A stretch of 62,691 bases of DNA, filler included, from Nemertoderma westbladi (taxonomy: Eukaryota > Animalia > Xenacoelomorpha): NCBI GenBank assembly GCA_032718475.1. It is 3 parts of 3 records of this genome, joined end to end, with 100 filler letters (N's around TTAATTAATTAA, not from the genome) between each part and the next. Parts side by side here need not be neighbours in the genome. Positions count along the whole stretch, not along the records: positions 22,417 to 47,363 come from JAUCBJ010008478.1; 2 more parts are not named here. One strand, 5' to 3'. The notes beneath the pieces were generated by a model, which ran no database searches, had not been told where the DNA came from, and saw only the letters and a list, made by a program, of their open reading frames with translations. This document shows positions 22,417 through 34,486 of this stretch, piece by piece. The translations under genes were made by a program, and so were the position numbers. The first letter of the stretch is position 1. The number at the start of each line of letters is the position of its first letter.

Positions 22417-23473
22417 ACGCCGTAGAACAAAGGAAATCAACACGTATGAATGTCAGCTGTTAACCGTAGTCATAGTAACTACTGTTCAAGAGTAGCTATC
22501 ACCCCTTTGCGTCACGAATTGCCATAGAATCACAAAATATGCCTTTCACAGTACACATACGGAGGAAATAGGTCTTAGATCCTCTAAAAACACCGATACA
22601 GCAATAATACGGTCTCTTACACTTATTAAATCAACTACAGAGTATTTTAATGTAAAAGATAATAAAAATAACGGGGCAATTCAGCAAAGGCTTTTACAAC
22701 GTGGTGTATAAAAGAGTAAATTGAATGGATGCAAACAAACAATTTAATGCAAAAATGCAACAAAGGCTCAAAATATTTAATCTGACTTGCTACTGTATGT
22801 ACTGTATGCAGGCAATTTCACTGTACTATTTGTTGTACCCAAAAGTTAAGAATTAACCTACCGTAAATATACACATAATTCTCTTTGTGATACAGTTTAC
22901 TTAAGGATTACGTCCACCGGACCGGGTAGTTAATATGATAGCGGAGATGTAAACCTTGGTTTTGTGTTGGCAAGTGTAATTGAATTACTCGTAAGGAACT
23001 GTGCCTATTGTGTAGAGTTCATTCACGAAATTTTAAACGCATACCATAACTTCCATAGGTTGTTGTTTTTCCAATCGTTGATTGTACTGTTGGACTTGCT
23101 TAAGGTCTATCTCTAGTAAGGACGTGATTGTTGTGGGTGGTATGCGAAAGGTGTCACTGGGTGTCGTCTGGTCGTGGCGTATTTTAAACCGTCATCTGCT
23201 CATGACTGCATGGCAGCATGGTCTGGTCATGAGGCCAGAGGCTCCAATCCAGGCCATGCTCCAATGCTCTGATCATCAAATCATACCGCAGTACCGGTAC
23301 GGCTGTACGGTACGACGCACATACTGCAGTACCGGTACCGGTACTCAGAGTCTGTCAGTTGCAGTACTGATGTAATGACAGCCTGACACTGACCAGCTGA
23401 CGTACTGACATGTCAGGTCAGGTCCCTCGGTCTGCCGGTCAGCCGGTAGCCTAACTACTGAACTATTTGTCAG

Positions 23474-23850
23474 TATTCGATCTACAAATTACTAAGCTCG
23501 AATGTAACATATATTTAGCCTATTTCAGTTGTATTTTGATTTCAGGAGTTAACCGATGAAATGTTTCGTTTATTTACAGGAAGAAACAGGTGTTGGTGAG
23601 TACAAAACAAAGACCCAATTAAGTAACCTGCATAATCTTGTAACATGTGTTAACTTTCGTTTATTGTTTTGGTTCCCCCAACATGCCTCTGTAACCTGCT
23701 CCTTTCAGCCTTTAAATAAAAGTAACCTGCATAATCTTGTAACATGTGTTAACTTTCGTTTATTGTTTTGGTTCCCGCAACACGCCTCTGTAACCTGCTC
23801 CTGTAAATGGCAATGTTACATTCGAGCTTAGTAATTTGTAGATCGAATGT
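23474..23850. mobile_element. Small inverted-repeat element enclosing a duplicated copy of the 68-bp-family core
   Basis: ATTCGATCTACAAATTACTAAGCTCGAATGTAACAT is inverted at 23812-23850; an internal ~100-bp duplication contains CCTCTGTAACCTGCTCC. Confidence 0.7.
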
Positions 23851-24032
23851 AACATAGTTATAGGATCCAATGTAACATAATTGCGGTTACGTTCGATACG
23901 TAATAACTATGTTACATTCGATCTTGATTACGTTCGGTCATGTATCCTACCGAAGTGTGTAATCGTAAGAAATTCAAAACAAAAATTGGAAAATTGTATG
24001 AATTCAGACTTTCATGATCTAGTGTTTTTAAG

Positions 24033-25951
24033 CAGTCGGTGAGAAGTCAAAAATTGGACTTCAAGTCCAATTTTAGACTTTAAGTCCAATTTTGGACTCC
24101 AAAGTCCAATATTGGACTTTAGTACAACTCCAAGTGTACCCATACTACCATACTGTATATCGGTATTTAAATCAAAACGGCATCCCGTATCAGTACATAT
24201 ATATTACATAATTACAATGCAACATTATTTTAATGATCAAATTAATTATTATATGTATTATACTGTTATAAACAGGGATCGCACAGGTACAGTCAGACAT
24301 CAGTAGTTACTTTTTGCGGTAGTGGTATAGCTTTGCACTTTACGGTAGCCTTACTGCCTTAGCGGTGTATACCGCGGTAGTGTACTTGAGTTATAGCTGT
24401 ATAGTTCATTCATACCCACAGACCCATACTGCCATACCTGTGGTATTTTCGTATGGCAAAAATAAGACTACTGTAAACTGTAACCTATTGTGTTATTGAG
24501 TTAATGTTTATTGACTAATTGTTTTGATTAGGTTCACTGTGTCAAGTACAATGCACACATCTCTGCATCTCCAACCAGACACTCTATAACATTGGAGTTG
24601 GAGGTGTCTCATTCAGTCATTGGTTCCCCCAAGCTTGACACTAGAACAAAGCCGCCTCCACTTTGCAGGACATCGCTTTAAGCCGTGAGAACCAGCCAGT
24701 GCACCTCATGGAGTGAATAAGCATGGTGGACAGCCCATGACTCTCTTGAGACGCATCTTTCTTACTGTCTTAAAGGACACTGGCCTTGAAGATGCGGATG
24801 ATCTAGCAAATGTCATGGATGATAAGGCTGTAAGAGTGTAAGGGAGTTGTGGAGGCGCACTTTTGTCAACAAGCCGTCACAGCATTCTTAATACATTATA
24901 GAGCCTATATATATAATGCAGCTGCAATGAATCATGCCGATTGTAGTAGTAGTATGTGGTGAGGTTATAGGGCTCCTTCAATTTGTAAAGTCAAAAGTGG
25001 GCGTTTATTGTTTTAGTTAGAAAAGCCTGCCTCTGTAACCTGTTCCTTTCCCTCAATTGGTTTATGATTATGACGTGTGTTACTTGTTACTTCTGTACTT
25101 ATTATGTGGAGACCCCAACACGTTAATCAGTTACTAATCCCATTTCATTATCCTGTTATCCAGCCGTTTTATAATACCCTCCCTGTTGTATGGAAAAATT
25201 AGAAGAGATGGTGGTAGCATCAACTTGTAGTATTTCTTTCTGATAGAGCTCCCATAACCTTAGACGAAATCGTAGCTTGTACTGTAGTTAGCCTTAGCAT
25301 CATCTGCAGTTGGCTAACCTGGCTTTGCTACCAGTATCCACCAAATATAATTTGTAATTAAATATTTGTTGGAGCATAATCTAATCTAGTCCTAAAGACA
25401 CTATAAAGTCCTGGGTACATAAGGCTGTAAGGTTAGACATAACATGAATGTAAATTGTAAACTAAACAATATGCTAAAAGTAAAGTACAAAGTACCTAGA
25501 ATGCTAGAATGTACCATTATATTCTAAGTACAGTACAGCAGTACAGTCATTACACTGCAGATACATACAGAGCTGCAAAGGTAACTTTCCATAACTTAAC
25601 AGCTGTCTGGCTGTCTCTCATCTGTCATGCTTCATGTACCTTTAAGTTCGATTCTCAATGTCACGTCCAAAATTGGACTTAAAGTCCAATATTGGACTTT
25701 TGTAAAAATTCAAAGCCTTATAAAAAAAGTTCCCCCTGGTGAATTTCAGGTCCCCCTGTTCAAAACTCTTATTTTTTGATATATTTTCGATTAAAGAAAA
25801 AAAATCCCGCCCGATCCAATTACCCAAGGCCCTGGAACAATTAGCTGATTTGAAGTCCAATATTGGACTCACAGAAGTCCGATTTTGGACTTGAACTGGA
25901 GTCGAAGTCCAATTTTGGACTCAAGTCCAATTTTTGACTTCTCACCGACTG
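24033..25951. mobile_element. MITE with CAGTC ends and a 5-bp TSD
   Basis: TIR CAGTCGGTGAGAAGTCAAAAATTGGACT, subterminal AAGTCCAAT/ATTGGACT repeats, TTAAG on both flanks. Confidence 0.85.
24570..24880 (+). pseudogene. Decayed RTE LINE C-terminal fragment
   Basis: Patchy translation RLHFAGH...ENQPVHL...DTGLEDADDLANVMDDK resembles the C-terminus of the RTE at 50880-51160. Confidence 0.55.
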
Positions 25952-26553
25952 TTAAGTGGTGGAAAGACAGACAAACAGACAGGTAGACAACTGAACAAAC
26001 CCCACACCCCACCCCTTCCTTGACAACATGGCAGCATGGTGATACATGTATTCGGGTCTTAGGCACCTTTCTATAACTGTATAATGTAAACTATGGATTT
26101 TAATAGCAAATAGACATAAGGCAGAGACAAATTTATACTCTGTCCGGAAATTGGACACCTGCCCAAATACCGGACAACCCAATCTCCAACCAAAAAGTGC
26201 CTATTTGCGCCTATTAGATGGCACTGGGCACTCAATGTTAAGATTTTATTTTGACAGTTTGATGTAGGATAATGTCCTGTACTGTTAGAATCATCTTTTC
26301 ATTGGCTGATTGGATTGGAGGAAACTATGGTTGAGCTACAATAAAGGAAAATTCGGAGTTCTGTCCGGAATTGGGGTAGGCCTACCTTACCCTATGTAAA
26401 GTAAAAGTAAAATATCTATCTACTTTTTCTATCTATCCACTTTTTATCTTTTTCTAACCTTAATTAAACTTTTAACTTTTTTTTCTACCGTTACCTTAAT
26501 TAAACTTTTTATCACCATTTAATACTGTAATTATAAATTTTAGACCTCGTTAA

Positions 26554-29350
26554 CACTAATGCTAGCGCATGGACTACATTTGTAGTCAAGCCACTTTCAA
26601 CAACTCTCCCCTCCAGCCCCTCATCAACTTCTAATGCCTTGAACAGTTGAAGGTGGTGCTTCATCTATCTGTAGGAAAACGCGTTTTCTATTGGATAATG
26701 CGTTTATATTATTGTATTTCCTGGCCAATGCCTGAGTTAAATGGTTAATTAATGTTGTTTAGCATATGGACTACATTTGTAGTCACAGTCTGACAGTGTA
26801 GTATAAGGGATTTTGACAAATTTAGTTAGTCATTGTCTTTATAAACCGTAGAGGCCCAGGGGCACCTGTCTGTATTCACTAAATATATTCATACAAATAT
26901 GCAGAATTTAATTCTGGATAATACTGTCTGACTGTAGGCCTAAATTATTACTTTCAGAATCAAATTTAGATACAGTACTGAGGTAGAGTTGCCGACCTGT
27001 TACTAACTAACCTGCCACATATAGCCTGCTATAAGTGATACAAATACAATGACAAACTATAATCGGCTATTGTTTGAAAGCTATTTTCCTGATCAACGTG
27101 ACCGTGATATTTTGGAGCAAGCCATTGAAACTATAAACGTACAGCACTGGCTTGATCTTGGTGATGAGACACCGGAATAAGATGAAGAAAATGGCACACA
27201 AAATGATGGAATCGAAAATACAGTTGATATTTGTAATGTGGCAACGGGAACAGATATTAGAAATTCTGATGATGATGTTGAAAATGTGGTTGGTATCAGT
27301 GTCATTTTGGATGATGATGAGGCTGGTGATCTCAGCAGTGCTTCGGATTTTGACATGGAAACCACTCCATTTGACTGTAGTGATTTGAGCGACAGTCTGA
27401 CAGTGATACGAGTTCAGGTAATACTCTGCCTGCTGTCCACCCAATTTATGTGGCAAAGTCAGGTGCAGAATACACCACTGTGCAACCCCCACCATGCAAG
27501 CGTAGTAAACAAGATATTATCCGTTTCAGACAAAGAGCCTTAGTCAATCCTGCAAGTGAAACTGAAAGTTTTGGCCTATACTTTACTGAAGAAATCCTTT
27601 ATATTGTACTCCAAGAAACAAATAGACGAGGGAGGATATTGTTTTTAATAAAAAATCCCGGAGTGTCTGTCAGTAGATTCAAGGCTTTCTCATGCATAGA
27701 GCTTCGTGCAGGTATAGGTTTGCTGCTTCTAGCCGGTGTATACAAAAGTTCCCACCAACAGCTAACTGAGTTATGGAACCCGATTCACGGTCCTCCAATG
27801 TTTAGAGCCACCATGGGTTATAATCGTTTTGTTAGTCTCATTCAATGCCTACGTTTCGACAATAAAACTACTCGAGGAGAACGTTTGAAAACTGATAAGT
27901 TTGCTGCTATACGAGATGTATGGAACATGTTTCAGGATACTTTGCTAAAGTACATCATACCTGAAGAACAATTAACGATAGATGAACAGTTGCTTGGATA
28001 TAGAGGACGAATGCCAGCGCGTACGTACATGCCACGCAAACCAGGGAAATTCGGTTTGAAAAAAATTGGATTGTAGAGGCAAAATCAGGATTTGCATTAA
28101 AGGGGTTGATATATAGTGGCAAAGATACCGATGGAAAAGTTCATAAGGGGCTAGCAACCGAAATTGTGATGGAATTGAGTACCCCTTTCTATTACACTGG
28201 ACGAGGGATAACAACCGATAACTATTTCACTTCCTTTTCATTGGGGGTGAAACTCAAGGAGAAGGACTTGTCATTATTGGGAACACTCCGTGGTAACAGA
28301 AAGGAAATACCAAATGAAATAAAAAATATTAAAGATCGCTCCCCTGATACATCGGTTTTCGTCCACAATTCAGCTGAAAAGATAACTCTTGTTTCATATG
28401 TCCCAAAAAAGAACAAAAATGTTATTCTACTGAGCACGTCCCACGATCGATTTGAAGTAAACAAGGATGGTAAGGCAATAATGATAGAGGATTATAATGA
28501 AACCAAGTATGGTGTTGATCTGCTGGATATGAGAATAGCTCACTTCTCTTGTAAAAGAAAAACAAATCGGTGGCTTCTGGCAGTCTTCTTCAACATTTTA
28601 GACATAGCTGGGTTGAACGCATTTCTATTGATGGTGAAGAATGGTTACAGAAATGATCGTCGTGCTTTTATCAAGATACTGTCACTTTCATTGGTGGAAG
28701 CAAACATTAAGTTGAGATTATATTCACTGCTATTACCAAGATCATCGCGTTTGGCTGCATCTGTTTTGGGATATAAAAGTCTGCCAAATAGTAAAGTTCC
28801 TTCTGCGGGTCCCAGACGATGTAAGCTATGTTTAGATAGGTCAGATAGCAAACAAACGAGAGTCCGGTGTGATAAATGCTTTGTACCAGTCTGCAAAGAT
28901 CACCATATCGTTGTGAAAACATGTATTGAATGTTTGGGAGTCTAGACAAGTAACAACTATAGTTGTTACTTTTATTTTAGTTGTTAACTTTTATTGCCTG
29001 TTTGGGTATCTAAACAAACAACAACACAACTGTAGTCTTCCTACTTTTTTTATATGAACTGAACTATGCAATACAATTTTATGTTGGAACTGAATATACA
29101 GATATACTTAAATAACCTAGAGCTCACACATAATCATGTTGTTGTTATTGTATATGTTGTCCAACCCCCCCCCCCCCCCCCCCCCCCCAACCTAAAGTTT
29201 GGCATGAAAATGGTTCCAAACTATTTATTTTCTATTTTTAAATAAAATTATTCAAAAAAAATAACATTGTAAATAATGTTCAAATAATGTGACTACAAAT
29301 GTAGTCCATACGCTAAACAACTTATATTGGAAACTGTGCTAGGATTAGTG
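26554..29350 (+). mobile_element. piggyBac-like transposon, complete ends
   Basis: TTAA TSDs (26550-26553, 29351-29354), 16-bp TIR CACTAAT(G/C)CTAGC(G/A)CA, and internal repeats ATGGACTACATTTGTAGTCA at ~26569, ~26767 and inverted at ~29290. Confidence 0.93.
27049..28945 (+). pseudogene. Frameshifted piggyBac transposase
   Basis: Acidic N-terminus; TIDEQL, TDNYFT and GVDLLD catalytic motifs; C-terminal Cys-rich domain. Split across ORFs 27238-27543, 27450-28076 and 28106-28945. Confidence 0.9.
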
Positions 29351-30447
29351 TTAATACAGTAATATTTAATATCTTAATAACTAATAGACTAGGCCTAACT
29401 ATTTATTTAGGCCATGTATTCATCCTATATACCGGTACTCGACGTACTGACGTATTTAAATATGTACATTTCAATACAGCAATAGTTTTTACTCGTACAT
29501 TCGTAGCTTTACTCTTTTTACTCAATTTAATTAGGCCTATTCACTTTCTTTTAATTTTAATCAAATAATGAATTAGGCCTATAAGTTTTAAAAATGCTTC
29601 CGGTACTGGTACCAATAATTATATCAAGTTTTTAAATACCGGTATATCAATTTGTTTGTCCTATTTGTCAGTTTGTGGAAACCTTAATTTTCTTTCATAT
29701 TCAAGTTTGTGTAATTTAAGATATTTCTAAGCTACGCCATACATCCATAATTTTAAATTACTATTTATTGTGTAATACACAGTAAATTCACAAACTCTTA
29801 TAGGCCTAGTGTATTTTTAAGTTTGATTTTATGCTACATACTTTCATTTACCATTACCAGTCAGCCAGTTTATGTACTGCACTGGTACACTCTTATCAAA
29901 ATTAATTAGTTGTAGGTATATAATAGTAGGTACCGAGGTTAGGTACTTAGTGTGTTTCAGTTTAAATATTTTGAAAGTTGTTTTATATTATGTCTGCTCA
30001 CAGGTGCAATAAGCTTCTGCTTCCTTCACCTCAATGCTCAATATTAAATATTAAATTGGCATTTATACTGCTGTACTGGCTATACTTACATAATAAATAC
30101 ATACATAAGTCTACCTGCACCTGCACCCACCGGTGCCTTATAAAGTCATGTCATGTTAACTACTGAATTGTGGTTTTAAGTAGAAATAGCTGAATAGCCT
30201 AGCCTAACCAATGATAATGATTATCATAATCTATATTAATACCGGTATTTGATATATGATATAATGATTTATGACGAACATTGTTTTGAATTCTACATTG
30301 ACTAATAATTAATTCACTATCTTCCAAGTTATAACAGTATATTGATGACAGGATGATATCCTCTATCCTATAACATTTTAAAAGGGCCTAATGTTGTAAT
30401 GCGATAAGGACAATCGGTACCGGTACCAATACCTATATGCTACAACA

Positions 30448-32498
30448 ATGTGGATGCGGGTGTTGCGCATTGTCCTAATCATTAGCAACTGTTTCGTCAG
30501 TCTACTGGCTAACGGCGACATTCTACCAGAGTTTGCCTATTTCAATGGAAGTGAATCATCGGTGGAATTGAAATCATCGATTCATCCATCATTTGTCAAT
30601 GGGTTTGCTTTTCGGGTGTGTCAAATCGGAAGCATTCTTAAATATCCAAACAGCCACAGTAACAATTACCTAAGTATTTCCGTTGTTGGAGGGGTAGATT
30701 CTCGGAAACTGGAAGTATCCTTGGTTGGAACTGTCACTAACACGGTGCAGCTTCCGTTTATGGACGACAACGTTATCCAGCCGTCCTGGCATTATTTATC
30801 AATCGGACCCACTCCTGAAGGCATTTCGTTACGTTTAGAAGACACGTTAGTGTCTTCACAGGTTACACTTACTCTACCAAAAGAATTCTTACCAGACAGT
30901 GTGGATTCACTTATAGGTCTCGGTGGCGGTTTTACTGGGTGTCTGTATCAGGGGCCGCGGGTGGAATTCTCCAGGGCCAGTCTGCCCACCGCGATCGGGG
31001 TGCTGTGGGGTGAGTGCCCCTGTGGGTGCGATGCGAAGCCAACAGAGACGCCATGTGTGACGGTCCCGGTCGCCAAAGGCTGCGAAGCTGCTGTCTGCCC
31101 GACTGGCACCCAATGCTTTGGCATCCCTTCGTCGGAGGGGACCCCCGACTATTCCTGCTCCTGCGAGGCCGGTTACAGCGGTAATTCATGTGCCGATACT
31201 ATAAACTACTGTCTTCTAGACCCCTGCTCTAATGAAGCGACTTGCGAAAACGTGGTTAACGGATTCTACTGTATCTGCGGGTGGCAGTGGAGAGGCGAGC
31301 GGTGCACTGAGCCGGTCCCCAACCCATGCGACGCGGAGCCTTGCGACGCAGCCACTCAGACGTGTCGCCACACCGAGTTCGGGCCGACATGCGACTGTCT
31401 CGTCGGGTACGTCGGCGGGGGTTCCCCCGGGGGGCAACCATGTCTACCCAACGACTTCTGCTACCCGAACCCGTGCGCCCTGGGGAACCATGTGCGTTGC
31501 GAGAACTTCCCGGACCAGGGGACCTATCGGTGCGTCTGCGACACCGCGCACACTGGGACGAACTGCGAGGCGACGCTAGTCTGCGCAGAGGGAAAACCCT
31601 GCGATAACGGAGGCGTGTGTAGGGAAGGGGGTTGCGAGTGTGTGAGCGGGACGGAAGGGCCGAACTGCGGGACTGTAACCGACAAATGCGACGGGGTTGA
31701 GTGCGGCGTGGGGAAGGTGTGTGAGAGCCTTGTGACTGGGAGTCAATGTGTCTGTCCGATGGTGGATGGACAACATTACACCGGGGACAATTGCGATATA
31801 CTCGATCTATGTTATGCTTTCGTTTGTCACAATAACGGCCATTGTGAACCTTTCGACGGAGTTGCTACTTGTTTTTGTAACGGTTACCAAGGTAATCAGT
31901 GTCAGTACCCGCAGCTCTGTGCCAGCGAGATAAAAGATTGTTCGGGGGTGGGAACCTGTAAGTTGATGTCGGACAGCAACGAGTATTGCTTGTGTCCGTT
32001 CGGTTTTACTGGCGACCGCTGTCAGATTGACGTCGACGAATGCGCGGCGGGTTTGCCGTGTAGCGGTCGAGGGAATTGCACGGACGGGGCCGGGGAGTTT
32101 AGCTGCAAGTGCGAGACGGGGTACGAGGGTCCGCGATGCGAGGTGGAATTGGACACGTGCGTCGGGCTGCCGTGTCGCAACCGGGGCGTCTGTACGGGCG
32201 CGGCTGTCTGCCACTGCGACGGGACCGGGTTCGGGGGACCGCGATGCGACTCCCCGGTCGACGAATGCCTCGGCGTTGGTTGCGTCCACGATGGCCGCTG
32301 TTACGACGGGATTGATGAGTTCTACTGTATGTGTAAACGCGGGTACGAGGGCGAGCTGTGCGGCTCCGATATAAACGAGTGTTCCGAGAATCCTTGCCTT
32401 CACGGGGATTGTTACCAGCGGAGCGTTGAGGCCAATTACGATAATCCTCTGTTAGAGGATCTATTAGGGGGGACGTTCAGTTACGATACAGCCGCAGG
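30448..32498 (+). CDS. crb: First coding exon of a crumbs-like protein (signal peptide, N-terminal LamG-like domain, 11 complete EGF repeats and part of a 12th)
   Basis: Hydrophobic signal peptide, AYFNGS motif, EGF/cbEGF repeats and the crumbs-typical extended EGF CYQRS...FSYDTAAG, interrupted by the donor GTGAGT at 32499. The ORF-track stop lies inside the intron. Confidence 0.8.
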
Positions 32499-32779
32499 GT
32501 GAGTGACATTATTTTTTTAATCTTATTTAGGCCTATCTACTTGATTATTATTATTTTAGAACTTGTATTATTAGGGGTCGTTCCGCATAATATATATATA
32601 TCTGTTTAATTTTTTTAATAATAATTCTCGAAGTTAAACTGTACCGGTATACATCGATGATCTACTTTTGACAACTAAATGCGGCTAAATTAAAGGTCAC
32701 AATGCCACTCCTGTCAAGCTGCTCTTCCCCTACCACAATGGCTCTGTTACGCTTTGATAATCTTTAAGGTGGTCCTTAA

Positions 32780-34423
32780 TAGTGTTGCAACGGGATCGGG
32801 ATCCACAATTTTCTGGATCCGGATTGCAACTGTAGGGATCCCGATCTTCGGGATTGAGATTTATAATTTTATTGCGGCCAAACTCATTGAAAACTTCAAA
32901 TAGCTATATACCCTGCCCTCTTTATAGGAGTAGAAAAATTTTAAATCTCATGTACTAATATATACCTAGATACGTACCTGTTAAAATTACTCACTGAGAC
33001 TTTTTTCAAATGGTCCACAGACGTAGTTATTTTCCCTCGTACGTATTTCATTTCACATACATTTTAAATATAATTTCTGCAACATTTCTAATCTAGTATC
33101 TACTGCACTCTAACTGAAGCGCTGCCACATAAAAATGTTATTATGTTCAATAAAATGCAACTTAAGTGTTTCTATTATAGACATTCATACGTATATATTT
33201 AATACATTTAATTAATGACATTCAGATGTAAATTCATGTAAAAATATGAGGAGGTGTGGTGTATACCTGAATACAAATTAAAATTTAGCAATTGTAACAC
33301 AAAATCTGTATTTAAGAAATTAACCAAACCACAAATAAATCATAGAGCAGAAAGTTGCTCGCATTCAACCCCCTCTTAATCAGCACCCCGACCCAAAGGC
33401 ACACAGAGGATTGATGACAGGCAGGTATTAACAGAAAAATGGTGTTTTAAAAGTAATATATTTTAGGCGTGGAGGCGACCCAATTTGTAAGAAATATTAT
33501 AACTTACCTTATGCCGTTTTAGTATTGATACCGAAATATTAATTTACCATGGCGATGTCTCAACAAAATTATTTAGCTATATTTATTCTGAAGAATCTCG
33601 ATTAAATACTCGGCCAATCATTTTGCGAGATAAACAATAAGCAAGCTGTCTTATTAGTCTGGGGCCTAACACTATTGCATGTCCTATAGAATTACACTTT
33701 GCTGGAATAGTAGTGAGGTGGATCTGGTTGGACTGATTCCTAGCCCGGCAAACACACCGGACGTGTTCTAGCACATATCTGACAACGACAAGTATGTTTC
33801 AGCTATATTTCGCCCTCTAACGGCACACTAGATAACTGCAGACGGATGAGCCTCCTTTGAATGACACAGTTAATGGTCTAGTACAAATTTGCCAACTTTC
33901 ATCTAGAACGGGTTTAAAGCAAAGAAAATGGGACGATATTTAATGTTTAGACAAGTAGCCCTCTAGCGAGAGACTGATGATTTGATGGTGTCTGAAAGAC
34001 CCTAAAAACTAAACTTATGGTCTTGATGCCTACTAATTTTCGACTCGACAGCTTTAAATCCGACGAAGTTATATATAAGTAAGTCAAAATCGTAGCGACG
34101 ATGATGACAGACAGTACCGGTACCATTATTGAATGAACTATTTGCCATAATTGACCTACACAACACACCTCATATAGGCCTACCTCATAGATTTATCTTC
34201 ATAAAATCAGTTATAGATCATGTATATCAATCAATCCTTCATCAATCGTACATTGAAAATCCCCTAAAATTTTTAATTTTTACAGTAAAAATTGGACACA
34301 TGTGTATTGTAGGCCTGTAGGGTACCGGACATGCAGATGCTCTTGCAGGCTACTGTAGCCATAGGGGGTCGGGATCGGGACTTTCCATCGATCTATCGAG
34401 ATCGGGGACCCGTTGCAACACTA
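32780..34423. mobile_element. hAT-like MITE downstream of the crumbs exon
   Basis: TIR TAGTGTTGCAACGGG / CCCGTTGCAACACTA with GGGATC subterminal repeats; no TSD recognisable. Confidence 0.7.
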
Positions 34424-34486
34424 GGGACAACCATAAGGGGGGGGGGGGGGGGGGGGGGATAAGTAATTATTTTACAACATTTATTT

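Noticed and set aside
23040-23190. Possible minus-strand exon (RFKIRHDQ...QPMEVM followed by GTATGC)
   Set aside because: An in-frame stop lies immediately upstream, there is no clear acceptor and no recognisable homology; unsupported without RNA data.
26554-26558. CACTA end suggesting an EnSpm/CACTA transposon
   Set aside because: The TTAA duplication and the transposase motifs identify it as piggyBac.
30907-32403. Overlapping alternative-frame and antisense ORFs within the crumbs exon
   Set aside because: By-products of GC-rich Cys/Gly codons; no recognisable domains.
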